Positions 55,701 through 63,998 of a DNA stretch of 64,000 bases are shown here, piece after piece. Made by a program: the position numbers and the translations under genes. Source of the stretch: an uncultured virus (IMG/VR IMGVR_UViG_3300032323_004022) (lineage: Duplodnaviria > Heunggongvirae > Uroviricota > Caudoviricetes). The notes beneath the pieces are model-generated. The model ran no database searches. It had not been told where the DNA came from and saw only the letters and a list, made by a program, of their open reading frames with translations. Numbering within the stretch: position 1 is the first letter of the stretch; every line of letters begins with the position of its first letter. The stretch lies in the IMG/VR virus record IMGVR_UViG_3300032323_004022; one strand, written 5' to 3'.

Positions 55701-58537
55701 AAAGTCGTGTCAGCAGCTAAAATATGTTGAACTGGAGCTAATCTTGGAAATTTAGATAAGTCTAAAGCATTTGCATTTATTCTTATCTCAGAATTTTGAT
55801 AATAAACTTCCGAACCTGTGTGTAAATATTTTTCTAAGTCAGCATTGGCATAATCACTACCAAATGTTCCTTGTCTAATTCCAACTTCGCCTTGCATATA
55901 TACTTTGTCATAAGAAAAAGTTGTACCAGCGCCCATATAACCATAATCAATTTTTACTAATGTAGGTCTTTCATATGGCGAAGCTAATGATTTTTTATCT
56001 GACCCTAAGTCAAATTTTGTATTATAATAAAAATCTTCGTGAGGAGTAAAATAAACACTTCCTATACCAGTGAATGTAGGTCTAAAAATTCCATTAGAAA
56101 CACTGGAGGAAGAATAACCTGAACCTACAAAAACTAAAACACTATCATTACTTTGTAAGATTGTTCTTCCTGCTCCAGAAGTGCTTCTAATCAAACTGGA
56201 AATAGCTGTTCCTGAAGTTGTAGGTAATGATGCGGCTGAACTTACGTAAAATACTGCTTTGACATTATATTTTTGATAATCTTGCTCATACCAGTCAAAG
56301 TCCAATTCTTGTAATATAGAACTTCCTTTGCCTTCAGAACTAAAATAATTTTCATAATTTTGGAAAGATGGGAATAAAATTTCAGGAACAAAAACTTCTC
56401 CATAATGAGTAGAAGCTGTTGAAGAAACTTGCATAACACCTGAAATTTGTTTCTTCAAGTTAGGAGATATTGCATAAGTTCCATTCCCATTACTTGTAAG
56501 AATATTTGAAAAAATATTTTGTGTCCAAGACGATAAACTATTATCATATTTGAAAACTTGTTTAGTGGAAGTACCAATTGCAGTAACGGAATAAACTCCA
56601 TTTACAAGCTCATTAGTTGTATTAACTAAAACAGATGTTCCGATTGCTACAGGTACGTCAAAGTGAGTTGGTGATAAGTACGCTGAATCAAATTTATCTT
56701 CTGTTGTTGAAGCTGTAACAAAAAGATTGTTCTGATTGGTCATATCTACCCAAGTAACACCAACAGATCCTGAGGCTGTTGAGGTCCCTGGAGCATATAG
56801 GAAGTAAGTTGTTCCAGCACCTACAGTCCCATTTGAAATTGTTGCGATACTTCCACGTAATACAGAGTAGTTTGTATTAAATTCAATTCCATATACAGTA
56901 GCACAAACTGAATCTACTTTATAAATTCCATTTTGGGCTGGATATGTAGTTTGACCACTTACAAGAACTCTTTGTGAAATAGCAATACCAGAATTTATAA
57001 AGCTTGTCTCACTTACATTTGTTAAGTCAGTTTGATTTGTGACAATAAGATTAGCAACTGGCTCATATGTGTAAGGATAAAATCTTTCTTGAATGTTGAT
57101 TCCATCTAGATTTAATTTAAATGTGGAACTATGCGTTGTTGATTTTCCTAAATACCAAATATTTCCACCCAATGTGTTTTTAGAATTAGCTGCATAAACT
57201 ATTGCTTGGTTGATTTCAGCAGGAGTGTCGTAATCAGTTGCTCTTACCCATAAACCAGTGCTTCCAAAACCCACATTAGATACAGAATAAATACCACTAA
57301 AGTTTTCATTGTAATGCTTTACTAAAATTCTATTTGATGTTGATAATGTAGTAGCAACTCCAGAATAATTAGTAATTGTCCGTGGTGTGCTGGTTAATGA
57401 GCCAGTGTTTGATCCAAAATCATAACTAAATCCCACAGCACTACCAGATGTTATTTCATAATAGTAATCTACATTTGCATGATTGTAATTGTAGGTAGCA
57501 TCAGACCACTTCATAGATGCAGTTGAAGCTGTTCCACCAGTTAATCCAATAGCAGAGTAATATCTAAAATACCCACCACTTTTTGCAACGCCAGCATTAA
57601 TAAATTGGACATTTACTGGAATATTTGCATTTATATAATTGACAGCTGTTTTCCAATAATCGTCAGCTGCGTCAGTGCTAGTATAAGGATTGAATAAAGA
57701 GGATGCGTTTGGTTTAGTCAAACTAGAAACGTAATAAATTCCGTTTTGTGATTTTGTTGTTTGATCTTTCACCAATACTCTATCATTAACTGACAGAGTA
57801 CGATTATCTAATACTAAAGATGGATTTGTTAAACCAGAACCAGATGACTGTAAGTTTATTGTTGTGGCGCATTGAACTGGAGATAAAGCATATCTATTAG
57901 TTCTATCTACCCAAATAAATGTGGTAGAACCAGCAGCAGCAGTATCAAATGGATTCAGATATGGGCTATATAGATAGAATGAAGAACTTCCAACTCCAGC
58001 AATTTTGCCAGCAGTTAAGATATCTTCTGCTACAATAGCACCTACCGTACCACTGCCAACTTGAGATGAAACTCTATAAAGGCCATTTTGGAAAGCAGAA
58101 GTTTGTGATTTTACAAGAATAATTTTTGTATTATCGATCTTTACTCCATCTACATAAGTTGGTGCAAAGATGATACTTGTTCCGCCAATTGTAGCGGAAG
58201 ATAAATTAGAGACAGTAGCTACATCAGCATTTAATTTATTTATGATAAAAGAATCAAATAATGTAAATCTTATATCAAATCCTAAATCCTGAAGTAGCTT
58301 TATACTGTCTGTGTTTTTGATAACAGGATAATGTTGATTAGTGTAAATGTCCGCAAACTCATTATCAATCCAAAGTCTAATATCATCGACATTTGTATTG
58401 ATCCATTTTAATCTAAATAATTTTTTATTCCAAGCACCAGATATGTTAGTACCAAATCCAGCACTTGAAATTTCTCTTGAGATTTCAGATTGTGAATTAT
58501 CAGCGTTTACTTCAGACCAAATGAAAGCGTGGGACAT
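52712..58537 (-). CDS. 1941-aa virion/fibre-like protein with about 11 copies of the 'DRxLVKxQT..QNGIY' module
   Basis: Examples: KIILVKSQTSAFQNGLY, DRVLVKDQTTKSQNGIY, QRVLVSGQTTYPAQNGIY, DTILIKSQTDSTINGIY, DRLLVKNQSNQTQNGIY and DRILVKNQTDKTTNGVY. Confidence 0.75.
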   Translation of the reverse strand: MSHAFIWSEVNADNSQSEISREISSAGFGTNISGAWNKKLFRLKWINTNVDDIRLWIDNEFADIYTNQHYPVIKNTDSIKLLQDLGFDIRFTLFDSFIINKLNADVATVSNLSSATIGGTSIIFAPTYVDGVKIDNTKIILVKSQTSAFQNGLYRVSSQVGSGTVGAIVAEDILTAGKIAGVGSSSFYLYSPYLNPFDTAAAGSTTFIWVDRTNRYALSPVQCATTINLQSSGSGLTNPSLVLDNRTLSVNDRVLVKDQTTKSQNGIYYVSSLTKPNASSLFNPYTSTDAADDYWKTAVNYINANIPVNVQFINAGVAKSGGYFRYYSAIGLTGGTASTASMKWSDATYNYNHANVDYYYEITSGSAVGFSYDFGSNTGSLTSTPRTITNYSGVATTLSTSNRILVKHYNENFSGIYSVSNVGFGSTGLWVRATDYDTPAEINQAIVYAANSKNTLGGNIWYLGKSTTHSSTFKLNLDGINIQERFYPYTYEPVANLIVTNQTDLTNVSETSFINSGIAISQRVLVSGQTTYPAQNGIYKVDSVCATVYGIEFNTNYSVLRGSIATISNGTVGAGTTYFLYAPGTSTASGSVGVTWVDMTNQNNLFVTASTTEDKFDSAYLSPTHFDVPVAIGTSVLVNTTNELVNGVYSVTAIGTSTKQVFKYDNSLSSWTQNIFSNILTSNGNGTYAISPNLKKQISGVMQVSSTASTHYGEVFVPEILFPSFQNYENYFSSEGKGSSILQELDFDWYEQDYQKYNVKAVFYVSSAASLPTTSGTAISSLIRSTSGAGRTILQSNDSVLVFVGSGYSSSSVSNGIFRPTFTGIGSVYFTPHEDFYYNTKFDLGSDKKSLASPYERPTLVKIDYGYMGAGTTFSYDKVYMQGEVGIRQGTFGSDYANADLEKYLHTGSEVYYQNSEIRINANALDLSKFPRLAPVQHILAADTTLDTINQDILTVRRNGVQLFSNRSGDAVQYPYEINDRVFYYSSNEDVYNSTVRKSTSGIYQIVYIDTNYNYYLRKVKYNSVNGHLDYAKRLVSHSSSAGNTIYLARPESSTSVFTWSTSNYADSLLDVYVVSTGGTVINKTYSTDYTVDASSGSLNISGSGWTGTLYAYLYKDSNVPKYNQEPKQTLNRYHYIPQVLKDKAFILSPDAKLSSTWTVDTENFQIVNIIGTATTTEIKYNRDRSSWLSAFDSSKNYSSNANVIVENDSTTDYFFTSRLSQDGFYVQTGVANSSTFSGSFVDPVSLNTIGLFSGDVYLDKAYQPSGFALTSWYSGLGLSFDINVLVLKNKTSSDYSDTTIDSSFTTSYYDDINRLVTHNKSGKRDQKLYTFKRSEIQEVTLNYSSAFGSSLYPTTVRLSNSAGFGTFSLYFDPASTNISTSSRSWIDVSTRTTFSAAAGNTGNIPDFGDITYIPVIGPMSAPYGTGSTAMLDGYTISAGDTILIKSQTDSTINGIYTAVLNNKFVLTRATDLNATNELYELGRVVFNNRTYELNLPEDSSAYNLGASALNTPLFWKSIGAEYTIDVVGVGHTNFSNLNALPDNINGIATTQNDKILFIAQSTSSENIVARINKTVQPNLIRVGNGSSTTEFQIASLFVNDANRNLNYELYYNPSNTSVGSDSIQWFQQGLISNFTNCSFASTTNLTLNSNLNIPSSQKGDRLLVKNQSNQTQNGIYSIDELITNYLNRHEALDSSSEISVNQRVNVLSGTANSGIYALVYDESLTPAIDSTNIFWAKVNTNPYLTNAKVATVSEISLTNPPSKIDDVILQKYDRILVKNQTDKTTNGVYVVSSIGSSNVWTRSTDLDANSELLPQLSIQVGYGTTNADKNFRIKLPTPRTITNAQTTAYILGTDNVDWIDTANFQIYNSSPETWQSLLSGYENSVFLGGAKLGIDQTAKSKSFGIAVKTPSSTVLSTNNITSNGQVRNMKFKVEYVIAKD

Positions 58538-58551
58538 TTATACTACCAATA

Positions 58552-59919
58552 CTAATTTCTTCTTGCTTCTGGTCTATTGAAAATTTCACTAGCCACAGCA
58601 GCTAATTCAGACCTTTCGACTTTGCTTAGTGTTACAGATGAAACTAGATCACTTTTCTTTCCACCTGATATAGCGTGTGAAAGACCATTTGATTTAGCAT
58701 CAAGATAAGGATTTTCGACCTGTGATAGATCGCCAAGAAGGATGACTTTACTGTCTTTTCCGCATCTTTCTACTACCATCCTTGCTTCTCTAGGAGAAAT
58801 GTTTTCAGCTTCATCAAGAATAATGATAGATCTCGGGATAGAACGGCCTTGAATAAAAGCCATTGCTTCCACTTCAATGATGCCATCACGTACCATTTCT
58901 TCAAACATATTGTTTGCAGAAAGAGATTTTGATCCTAAAATTTGATCAATATTATCCTTAATTGGACCAAGCCAAGCAGAAATCTTATCAAATTTATCAC
59001 CAGGAAGAGCACCAATGTCTTTTCCACCAACTGGTATCAAAGGTTTCATAACAACAATTTTGTCATAAATACCTTCATTGATCATTTGTAAAGAAGCTGC
59101 AAGAGCTAAAAATGATTTACCTGTACCTGCTGGACCAGAAAGAGTAACAAGAGGAATAGTAAGATCAGCAAGAATTTCTAAAGCACATTTTTGCTCCAAG
59201 TTCTTGCCTTGAACTCCAGAATACCCCTTAGCTTCTTTGGTGTTTGATTTTTCCTTGAGTACTTTTAAAATGCCTTTTCTGTAAAAAGTTGGACAAATTT
59301 TATCACCGTAGTGAAATAAAATAAATTCATTTGGGAAAATATCACCAAGTTTTTTTACTGTTTCTTCAGATAATTGATTTAACTCAATTTCATTATCAGA
59401 CCAAAGCAAGGCCCAATCTGCTGCATTGTCAAGGTCAAATTTTCTTAAACCTGTGTAAATTTCATCACAAAGTTGATCAGCTCTGTAATTTTCAGCTGCA
59501 CAACCCCAAGTAATAGCACGAATACGAAGTCCAGTATCTTTTGTTATGATAGCTACTTTCTTTCTAGGATTTGCTGATTTAAGGGCTAAACAACATTCAA
59601 TAATTGCATTGTCAGAATGAACTTTAACAATATTAGGTCTTTCGTTTTTTTGTAAAGGAGACTCTGTATTGTAGACAAACAATCTTCCACCAAGTTCGTT
59701 GATTTTTACACCCTTAAGAAGATCTTGGAGTGAATAATGTTCTAAATTTCTAAATACTTGTCTAGCTGACCATCCAACATTTTCTTTTCTTGTCTTTATA
59801 TCGTCCATATCATCGATGACTGCTAATGGTATATAAATATCATTGTCACCAAATTTATAAAGAGCAAGGGGATCGTGAAGTAAGACACAAGTGTCGATGA
59901 TGTAAATATGCTTTGCCAA
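58552..59919 (-). CDS. phoH: PIN-PhoH (PhoH2/YlaK-type) protein
   Basis: PIN motifs YIIDTCVLLHDP and ITKDTGLR; Walker A GPAGTGKS; GALPGD, IQGRS and DEAEN. TTG start with GAGGAG SD. Confidence 0.92.
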   Translation of the reverse strand: MAKHIYIIDTCVLLHDPLALYKFGDNDIYIPLAVIDDMDDIKTRKENVGWSARQVFRNLEHYSLQDLLKGVKINELGGRLFVYNTESPLQKNERPNIVKVHSDNAIIECCLALKSANPRKKVAIITKDTGLRIRAITWGCAAENYRADQLCDEIYTGLRKFDLDNAADWALLWSDNEIELNQLSEETVKKLGDIFPNEFILFHYGDKICPTFYRKGILKVLKEKSNTKEAKGYSGVQGKNLEQKCALEILADLTIPLVTLSGPAGTGKSFLALAASLQMINEGIYDKIVVMKPLIPVGGKDIGALPGDKFDKISAWLGPIKDNIDQILGSKSLSANNMFEEMVRDGIIEVEAMAFIQGRSIPRSIIILDEAENISPREARMVVERCGKDSKVILLGDLSQVENPYLDAKSNGLSHAISGGKKSDLVSSVTLSKVERSELAAVASEIFNRPEARRN

Positions 59920-59967
59920 ATTATTGGTCTCCTCGCATTTTTGTTGATTTTTTAATCACAATATTGT

Positions 59968-59994
59968 TTTCTTTTTCGTGCTTTGTAAGCCCTA
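59968..59994 (-). promoter_or_regulatory. Putative phage promoter TAGG-N17-AAGAAA
   Basis: Near-consensus match in the intergenic region upstream of phoH. Confidence 0.35.
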
Positions 59995-60984
59995 CTAAAA
60001 AGGTAGTTCAGGCTTTGCTGATTTCTTGAAAACTGGTCTTTTGTTATCTATATTTTCTAAGAATTCAGCAGCTCTAACATCATTATTAAAAATAAATTTT
60101 CTAATGTTTAATATTTCAGAAAGTTTATTTTTGTCAAACTGTTTCATTTCTTCACTTTCCATCATTCTCGCTTGATTGGTTTTGACGGTTGGTTTTAATT
60201 CACCATTACTAAATTTAAGTAAATCAGTTTTTAATTTATTTTTAATATAATTGTTTGCAGTTTCTAAATTGGTAGTTTCAAGTAAGTCTAAATCGTTATA
60301 CGCAGCTTTGGTGATATTTCCATTGGCTAAAGTTTTGCCATCAGGTGTCAACATAGAATTTTCTTCTCTTATGAAAAATAGATTAGCTTTAGGGATGCAT
60401 ATATAAATTTTAAATGGTAATGCTTTTTCTACATCTTCATTTGATGTTAGACGTAGCACTTCATTTTCATCATTTACAACAGAAATCACTAATTTGGTTT
60501 TTTCTTGCCCTTCAATTACAAAATCCCATTCATAATTATGTTCATTTGTTGTTGGAAAAAACGCAGGTACTAAACTTAATTCTTTTTTGACATCACAAAG
60601 TTGCAAGAATAAACTAAACCCAATAGTATCTTCTGGAGTGCCTTTACGATAAGTTCCTATTTTTGCCCAATCTACTTTAAAACTGTCATCTTCATTTACA
60701 AGGACATATTCTTCAAAAAATCCTTGATCATAAATTTTTTTAAGTAATGGGTCTTCTAAAATTCTTCTTGCTCTTACTATGTCCAAGAAAGCCTCATTAG
60801 AACCACCGAAATCAGGATGACATTTTCTAGCTTTGACACGAAATGCTTTCTCTAAAACTTCAGAAGTTTTAATTACATCCTTTCTTGATTTACCTGTTGG
60901 AAGGTCTTCTTTCGCCAATCCTAAAATAAAATAATAATCTTTATTGAAATCAATTATTTTTTTAGGGTCAAATTCATTAGACAT
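59995..60984 (-). CDS. Class C J-domain protein with unknown C-terminal region
   Basis: DYYFILGL...AFRVKARKCHPDFGG...ILEDP..KKIYD. Confidence 0.85.
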   Translation of the reverse strand: MSNEFDPKKIIDFNKDYYFILGLAKEDLPTGKSRKDVIKTSEVLEKAFRVKARKCHPDFGGSNEAFLDIVRARRILEDPLLKKIYDQGFFEEYVLVNEDDSFKVDWAKIGTYRKGTPEDTIGFSLFLQLCDVKKELSLVPAFFPTTNEHNYEWDFVIEGQEKTKLVISVVNDENEVLRLTSNEDVEKALPFKIYICIPKANLFFIREENSMLTPDGKTLANGNITKAAYNDLDLLETTNLETANNYIKNKLKTDLLKFSNGELKPTVKTNQARMMESEEMKQFDKNKLSEILNIRKFIFNNDVRAAEFLENIDNKRPVFKKSAKPELPF

Positions 60985-61023
60985 ATACCTTTTATAAAAG
61001 AATTAATAAATTGGAAGTAACAT

Positions 61024-61956
61024 ATGAAATATATTAAATTGGCTGACATTGCTTTGTATTTGGATAGTAAAGGTTTTTACAAAAAAGCTGATTTGATTAC
61101 TCGTAAACTTATCAAGATATCTCAAGAAAAACAAGAGCAAGAACAAGCGGAAGAGTTTGAAAAAGATCCTCCTTTTGAATTAAGAGAAGGCGAGACATCT
61201 AACGATCCAAAAACTGTAATGAAATATTTTATAGGGTTTGCTTACGATATGGTTATTAGAGATATTGATATTACAAAACCAAGATTAATGATGGAAGTAG
61301 ACAAAAAAATATCTGAAAAGCTTGAAGAAATGTCTCCAGAAAATAAAGAAAAATTTAGTAATCTCAAAAATGATGTATCTCTAGAATTAGAATCTTTAGA
61401 ATGGTTCAAAGACTTACCTGAACATCAAGGACAAGATTTTGGTCCTGATGAGAATTATGAAGGCAGTAATACAGAAGATTTCATAAAATCTTTTTCAGGT
61501 CCAGCACAAGCAGCATCAGCTTCATCAGAAAATGTTATTCCGCCATCAGTCATTATAGCTATGGCTGCTTGGGAATCAGGTTGGGGAAAAAGCAAATTAG
61601 CTTCAGAGCATGGAAATTTCTTTGGTATTAAGCATAGTCCAACTTCGGGATCAAGTTCGGGAGTTTCGATGCAAACTAAAGAATATAATGGTGGAGAACA
61701 TAACGAAATTGCAACCTTTGGGCAGTTCCGTGGTAGTTTGGCTTCTAAATTGTCAGCTTTACCTAATTTTTTGAAAAATAATCGTAGATATTCTAAAGCT
61801 TTAGAAGCTGGAAAAAATTACAATAGTTCTAAATCCATCTCAGATCTTCATGCATTAATAGATGCTATTTTTGATGCAGGATATTCTTCAGATAAAAAAG
61901 AGCCTGGAAATATTAAAAACCTTATCGATCAACACGGATTGACCAAATACGATTAA
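61024..61956 (+). CDS. GH73 (glucosaminidase/FlgJ-like) peptidoglycan hydrolase with N-terminal extension
   Basis: VIIAMAAWESGWGKS, NFFGIK, TKEY and AGYSSD (YATD-like). Confidence 0.85.
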   Translation: MKYIKLADIALYLDSKGFYKKADLITRKLIKISQEKQEQEQAEEFEKDPPFELREGETSNDPKTVMKYFIGFAYDMVIRDIDITKPRLMMEVDKKISEKLEEMSPENKEKFSNLKNDVSLELESLEWFKDLPEHQGQDFGPDENYEGSNTEDFIKSFSGPAQAASASSENVIPPSVIIAMAAWESGWGKSKLASEHGNFFGIKHSPTSGSSSGVSMQTKEYNGGEHNEIATFGQFRGSLASKLSALPNFLKNNRRYSKALEAGKNYNSSKSISDLHALIDAIFDAGYSSDKKEPGNIKNLIDQHGLTKYD

Positions 61957-61957
61957 T

Positions 61958-62458
61958 ATGTGGTACAAATTCGCAAAAAAATATAATATGTTTGGTCTTC
62001 CTATTTCTGGAGATCGTAAATTCAGCTTGTTTGCTGATGAAGATACTGATGAAACTGAAACAGTTGAAACTCCATTAGAATTACCAGAAGAAGAATTGCC
62101 TGAAGAAAGAGATGAGCAGATGGGAGATGAACCTGGTCCGCCCAATCCTCTTGAAATTACTATAGATGATCCTTCTGGTGATGATAATTTTACACCTGAA
62201 GATTTGCAAGACAATATTGAAAAGATTGATAATGATCCAACAGCATTGATTCAATTACCACCACTTCACGATAGATGTCATTGCGTTATTGAAACTTTAC
62301 CTATTCTTTCAATGCCTGGAGTGAAAGATGGCAAGAGAGTGTGGCAAAAGAGTGATAATTGCTGCCCCAAATGTCATGAAACTGCTATAAGATTTAACGA
62401 AGCAGAAATTCAAAGATTATTAAACAAAGGCATTGATGTAAATAGAATACCCGGATAG
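61958..62458 (+). CDS. Protein with a Mu gpF/SPP1 gp7-like Cys/His motif; possible minor head protein
   Basis: LPPLHDRCHC (compare PPxHPNCRC) and WQKSDNCCPKC. Confidence 0.55.
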   Translation: MWYKFAKKYNMFGLPISGDRKFSLFADEDTDETETVETPLELPEEELPEERDEQMGDEPGPPNPLEITIDDPSGDDNFTPEDLQDNIEKIDNDPTALIQLPPLHDRCHCVIETLPILSMPGVKDGKRVWQKSDNCCPKCHETAIRFNEAEIQRLLNKGIDVNRIPG

Positions 62459-62992
62459 ATCTACATCAATTTTCTTCTTAAGTATTTTATTATTTGGATT
62501 TTTTGTTTTATTTAGGGTTGACAGCAATCTATTTTTCAATTCATTTGACAATTCAGATTTTTTAATTTCTTTTATTATTGCTGGTTTTATTTTAAATAAT
62601 TCAATTTCAATGTGCAATAAATTATAAAAAATTTTTTCTTCTAATAGTTCAAAAATTTCTGAATTATGTTTTGCTTCTTGTATGGATAAACATTGAAATA
62701 CATGCGAAACAAAATATTTTATCAAATTATATTTTTGTAAATTTTTTAAAGACAAATCTTCTAATTGATTAAGTACAAAAAGATGATCAGTTTCGCCAAC
62801 TATTTGATGTAAGTTGCCTTCAAAATCAATAACATAAAAAGCAATAATTTTGTCATTTGAAATAATTGAGAGAATTGGTTGCCCTGATCTTAAATCAGCA
62901 AACAAAATATCGCAAATGTTAGATGGATTTTCAATACCTAACATATGAACATCATTTTCTTTTCTTCTAGCAAATGTCAAATATGCTTTCAT
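62420..62992 (-). CDS. Hypothetical protein (190 aa)
   Basis: ORF; ATGA overlap with the upstream gene; 39-nt convergent overlap with 61958..62458. Confidence 0.65.
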   Translation of the reverse strand: MKAYLTFARRKENDVHMLGIENPSNICDILFADLRSGQPILSIISNDKIIAFYVIDFEGNLHQIVGETDHLFVLNQLEDLSLKNLQKYNLIKYFVSHVFQCLSIQEAKHNSEIFELLEEKIFYNLLHIEIELFKIKPAIIKEIKKSELSNELKNRLLSTLNKTKNPNNKILKKKIDVDLSGYSIYINAFV

Positions 62993-63588
62993 TTGATGAT
63001 AAGGTGTTCTATTAAAGTTGAATCTTTATAATTACTAGATTCACCCCAGATATTGACCCAGTAATCTATAATTTTATTTTTTCTAGCTAACAAAAAACAA
63101 GTTTCATAAATTTGATCTTCAATACTTGCTTCTTCTAACAAATAATTTACATCCTTGTTTCTTCTTTTATATGTTTCAATAATATTTTTAGAAAATTGTT
63201 CCTGATGTTCTTTTATGAAGATATAAAGACTGTCTATGTAAAATGGGTTAAGACGTATTTTGTCATAAACTACTTTTAACTGAAAATCTTCAAAAATTTC
63301 TTCTATTAGATTAATCAAGTATAGTTTTTTGTTTCTGGGTAAAAGAAATAAATCAATTGGTTTTATGCCTATCTTTTTTATGTTATCTTCATTGATCTTC
63401 TTAAAAAGATTTGGATTTAAGTTTTGACAGTTTATTAGATCATTCTCATAATTTTCAGAATATGTAAAATCGATCCAATAATGAACTGGGCTGTCAAATA
63501 AAAAAGCTCTCATACTGATAATTATTTCCAATCTATCATTTTGAGAGCATTGAGTTATTTTATTGGAAATTTCAACTAATGTATTCAA
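62989..63588 (-). CDS. Hypothetical protein (199 aa)
   Basis: ORF in a tightly packed minus-strand run. Confidence 0.65.
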   Translation of the reverse strand: MNTLVEISNKITQCSQNDRLEIIISMRAFLFDSPVHYWIDFTYSENYENDLINCQNLNPNLFKKINEDNIKKIGIKPIDLFLLPRNKKLYLINLIEEIFEDFQLKVVYDKIRLNPFYIDSLYIFIKEHQEQFSKNIIETYKRRNKDVNYLLEEASIEDQIYETCFLLARKNKIIDYWVNIWGESSNYKDSTLIEHLIIK

Positions 63589-63594
63589 CTCTCA

Positions 63595-63858
63595 TTATTT
63601 TTTGCCAAATAAGTGATAAACAGCTTCAGTAATTATTGGCTGTAAACTCATTCCCTTTGAATATAATCTCACGTTAGAAATAGAACCGTAGCTTTCTTCC
63701 AAATACTTAAATAATTTTTTCAATTTTCTACTAACTTCTACTTCAGAAGGATTGTAGTTTGTTTGAAGAGCACAAAGTCTCCTGATAGCATTTTCGCCAT
63801 CAATCTTTATAATCTTCATTTCATATGTTGGATTTTGCTTGTCCGGCTCTTGATTCAT
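63595..63858 (-). CDS. Hypothetical protein (87 aa)
   Basis: ORF in a tightly packed minus-strand run. Confidence 0.65.
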   Translation of the reverse strand: MNQEPDKQNPTYEMKIIKIDGENAIRRLCALQTNYNPSEVEVSRKLKKLFKYLEESYGSISNVRLYSKGMSLQPIITEAVYHLFGKK

Positions 63859-63860
63859 AA

Positions 63861-63998
63861 TTATTTACTTATATCTAAATTTTGTACGTGAATTTCATTA
63901 TATGCAAAAGCTACATTTTGGCTTGGAACATTGAATAAACATATCACCATCTTTTCATCTTTGTAGATAGTATAGAAATCTTTGTTCACTATAAGAAC
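63861..63998 (-). CDS. 3' end of a gene running off the window (...VLIVNKDFYTIYKDEKMVICLFNVPSQNVAFAYNEIHVQNLDISK*)
   Basis: Open frame from the window edge to a TAA 2 nt before the next ATG. Confidence 0.55.
   Translation of the reverse strand, partial: VLIVNKDFYTIYKDEKMVICLFNVPSQNVAFAYNEIHVQNLDISK

Noticed and set aside
60977..61003. TTAG-N17-AAGAAT upstream of the GH73 gene as another promoter copy
   Set aside because: The upstream box lacks the AGG core, so it was not counted.
2435..62214. Many short ORFs in the track that are antisense to or nested in long genes (e.g. 2435, 9652, 16285, 30968, 39357, 43865, 49954, 51542, 51842, 58347, 61888)
   Set aside because: They overlap well-supported genes, show no recognisable motifs or convincing SD, and look like shadow ORFs.
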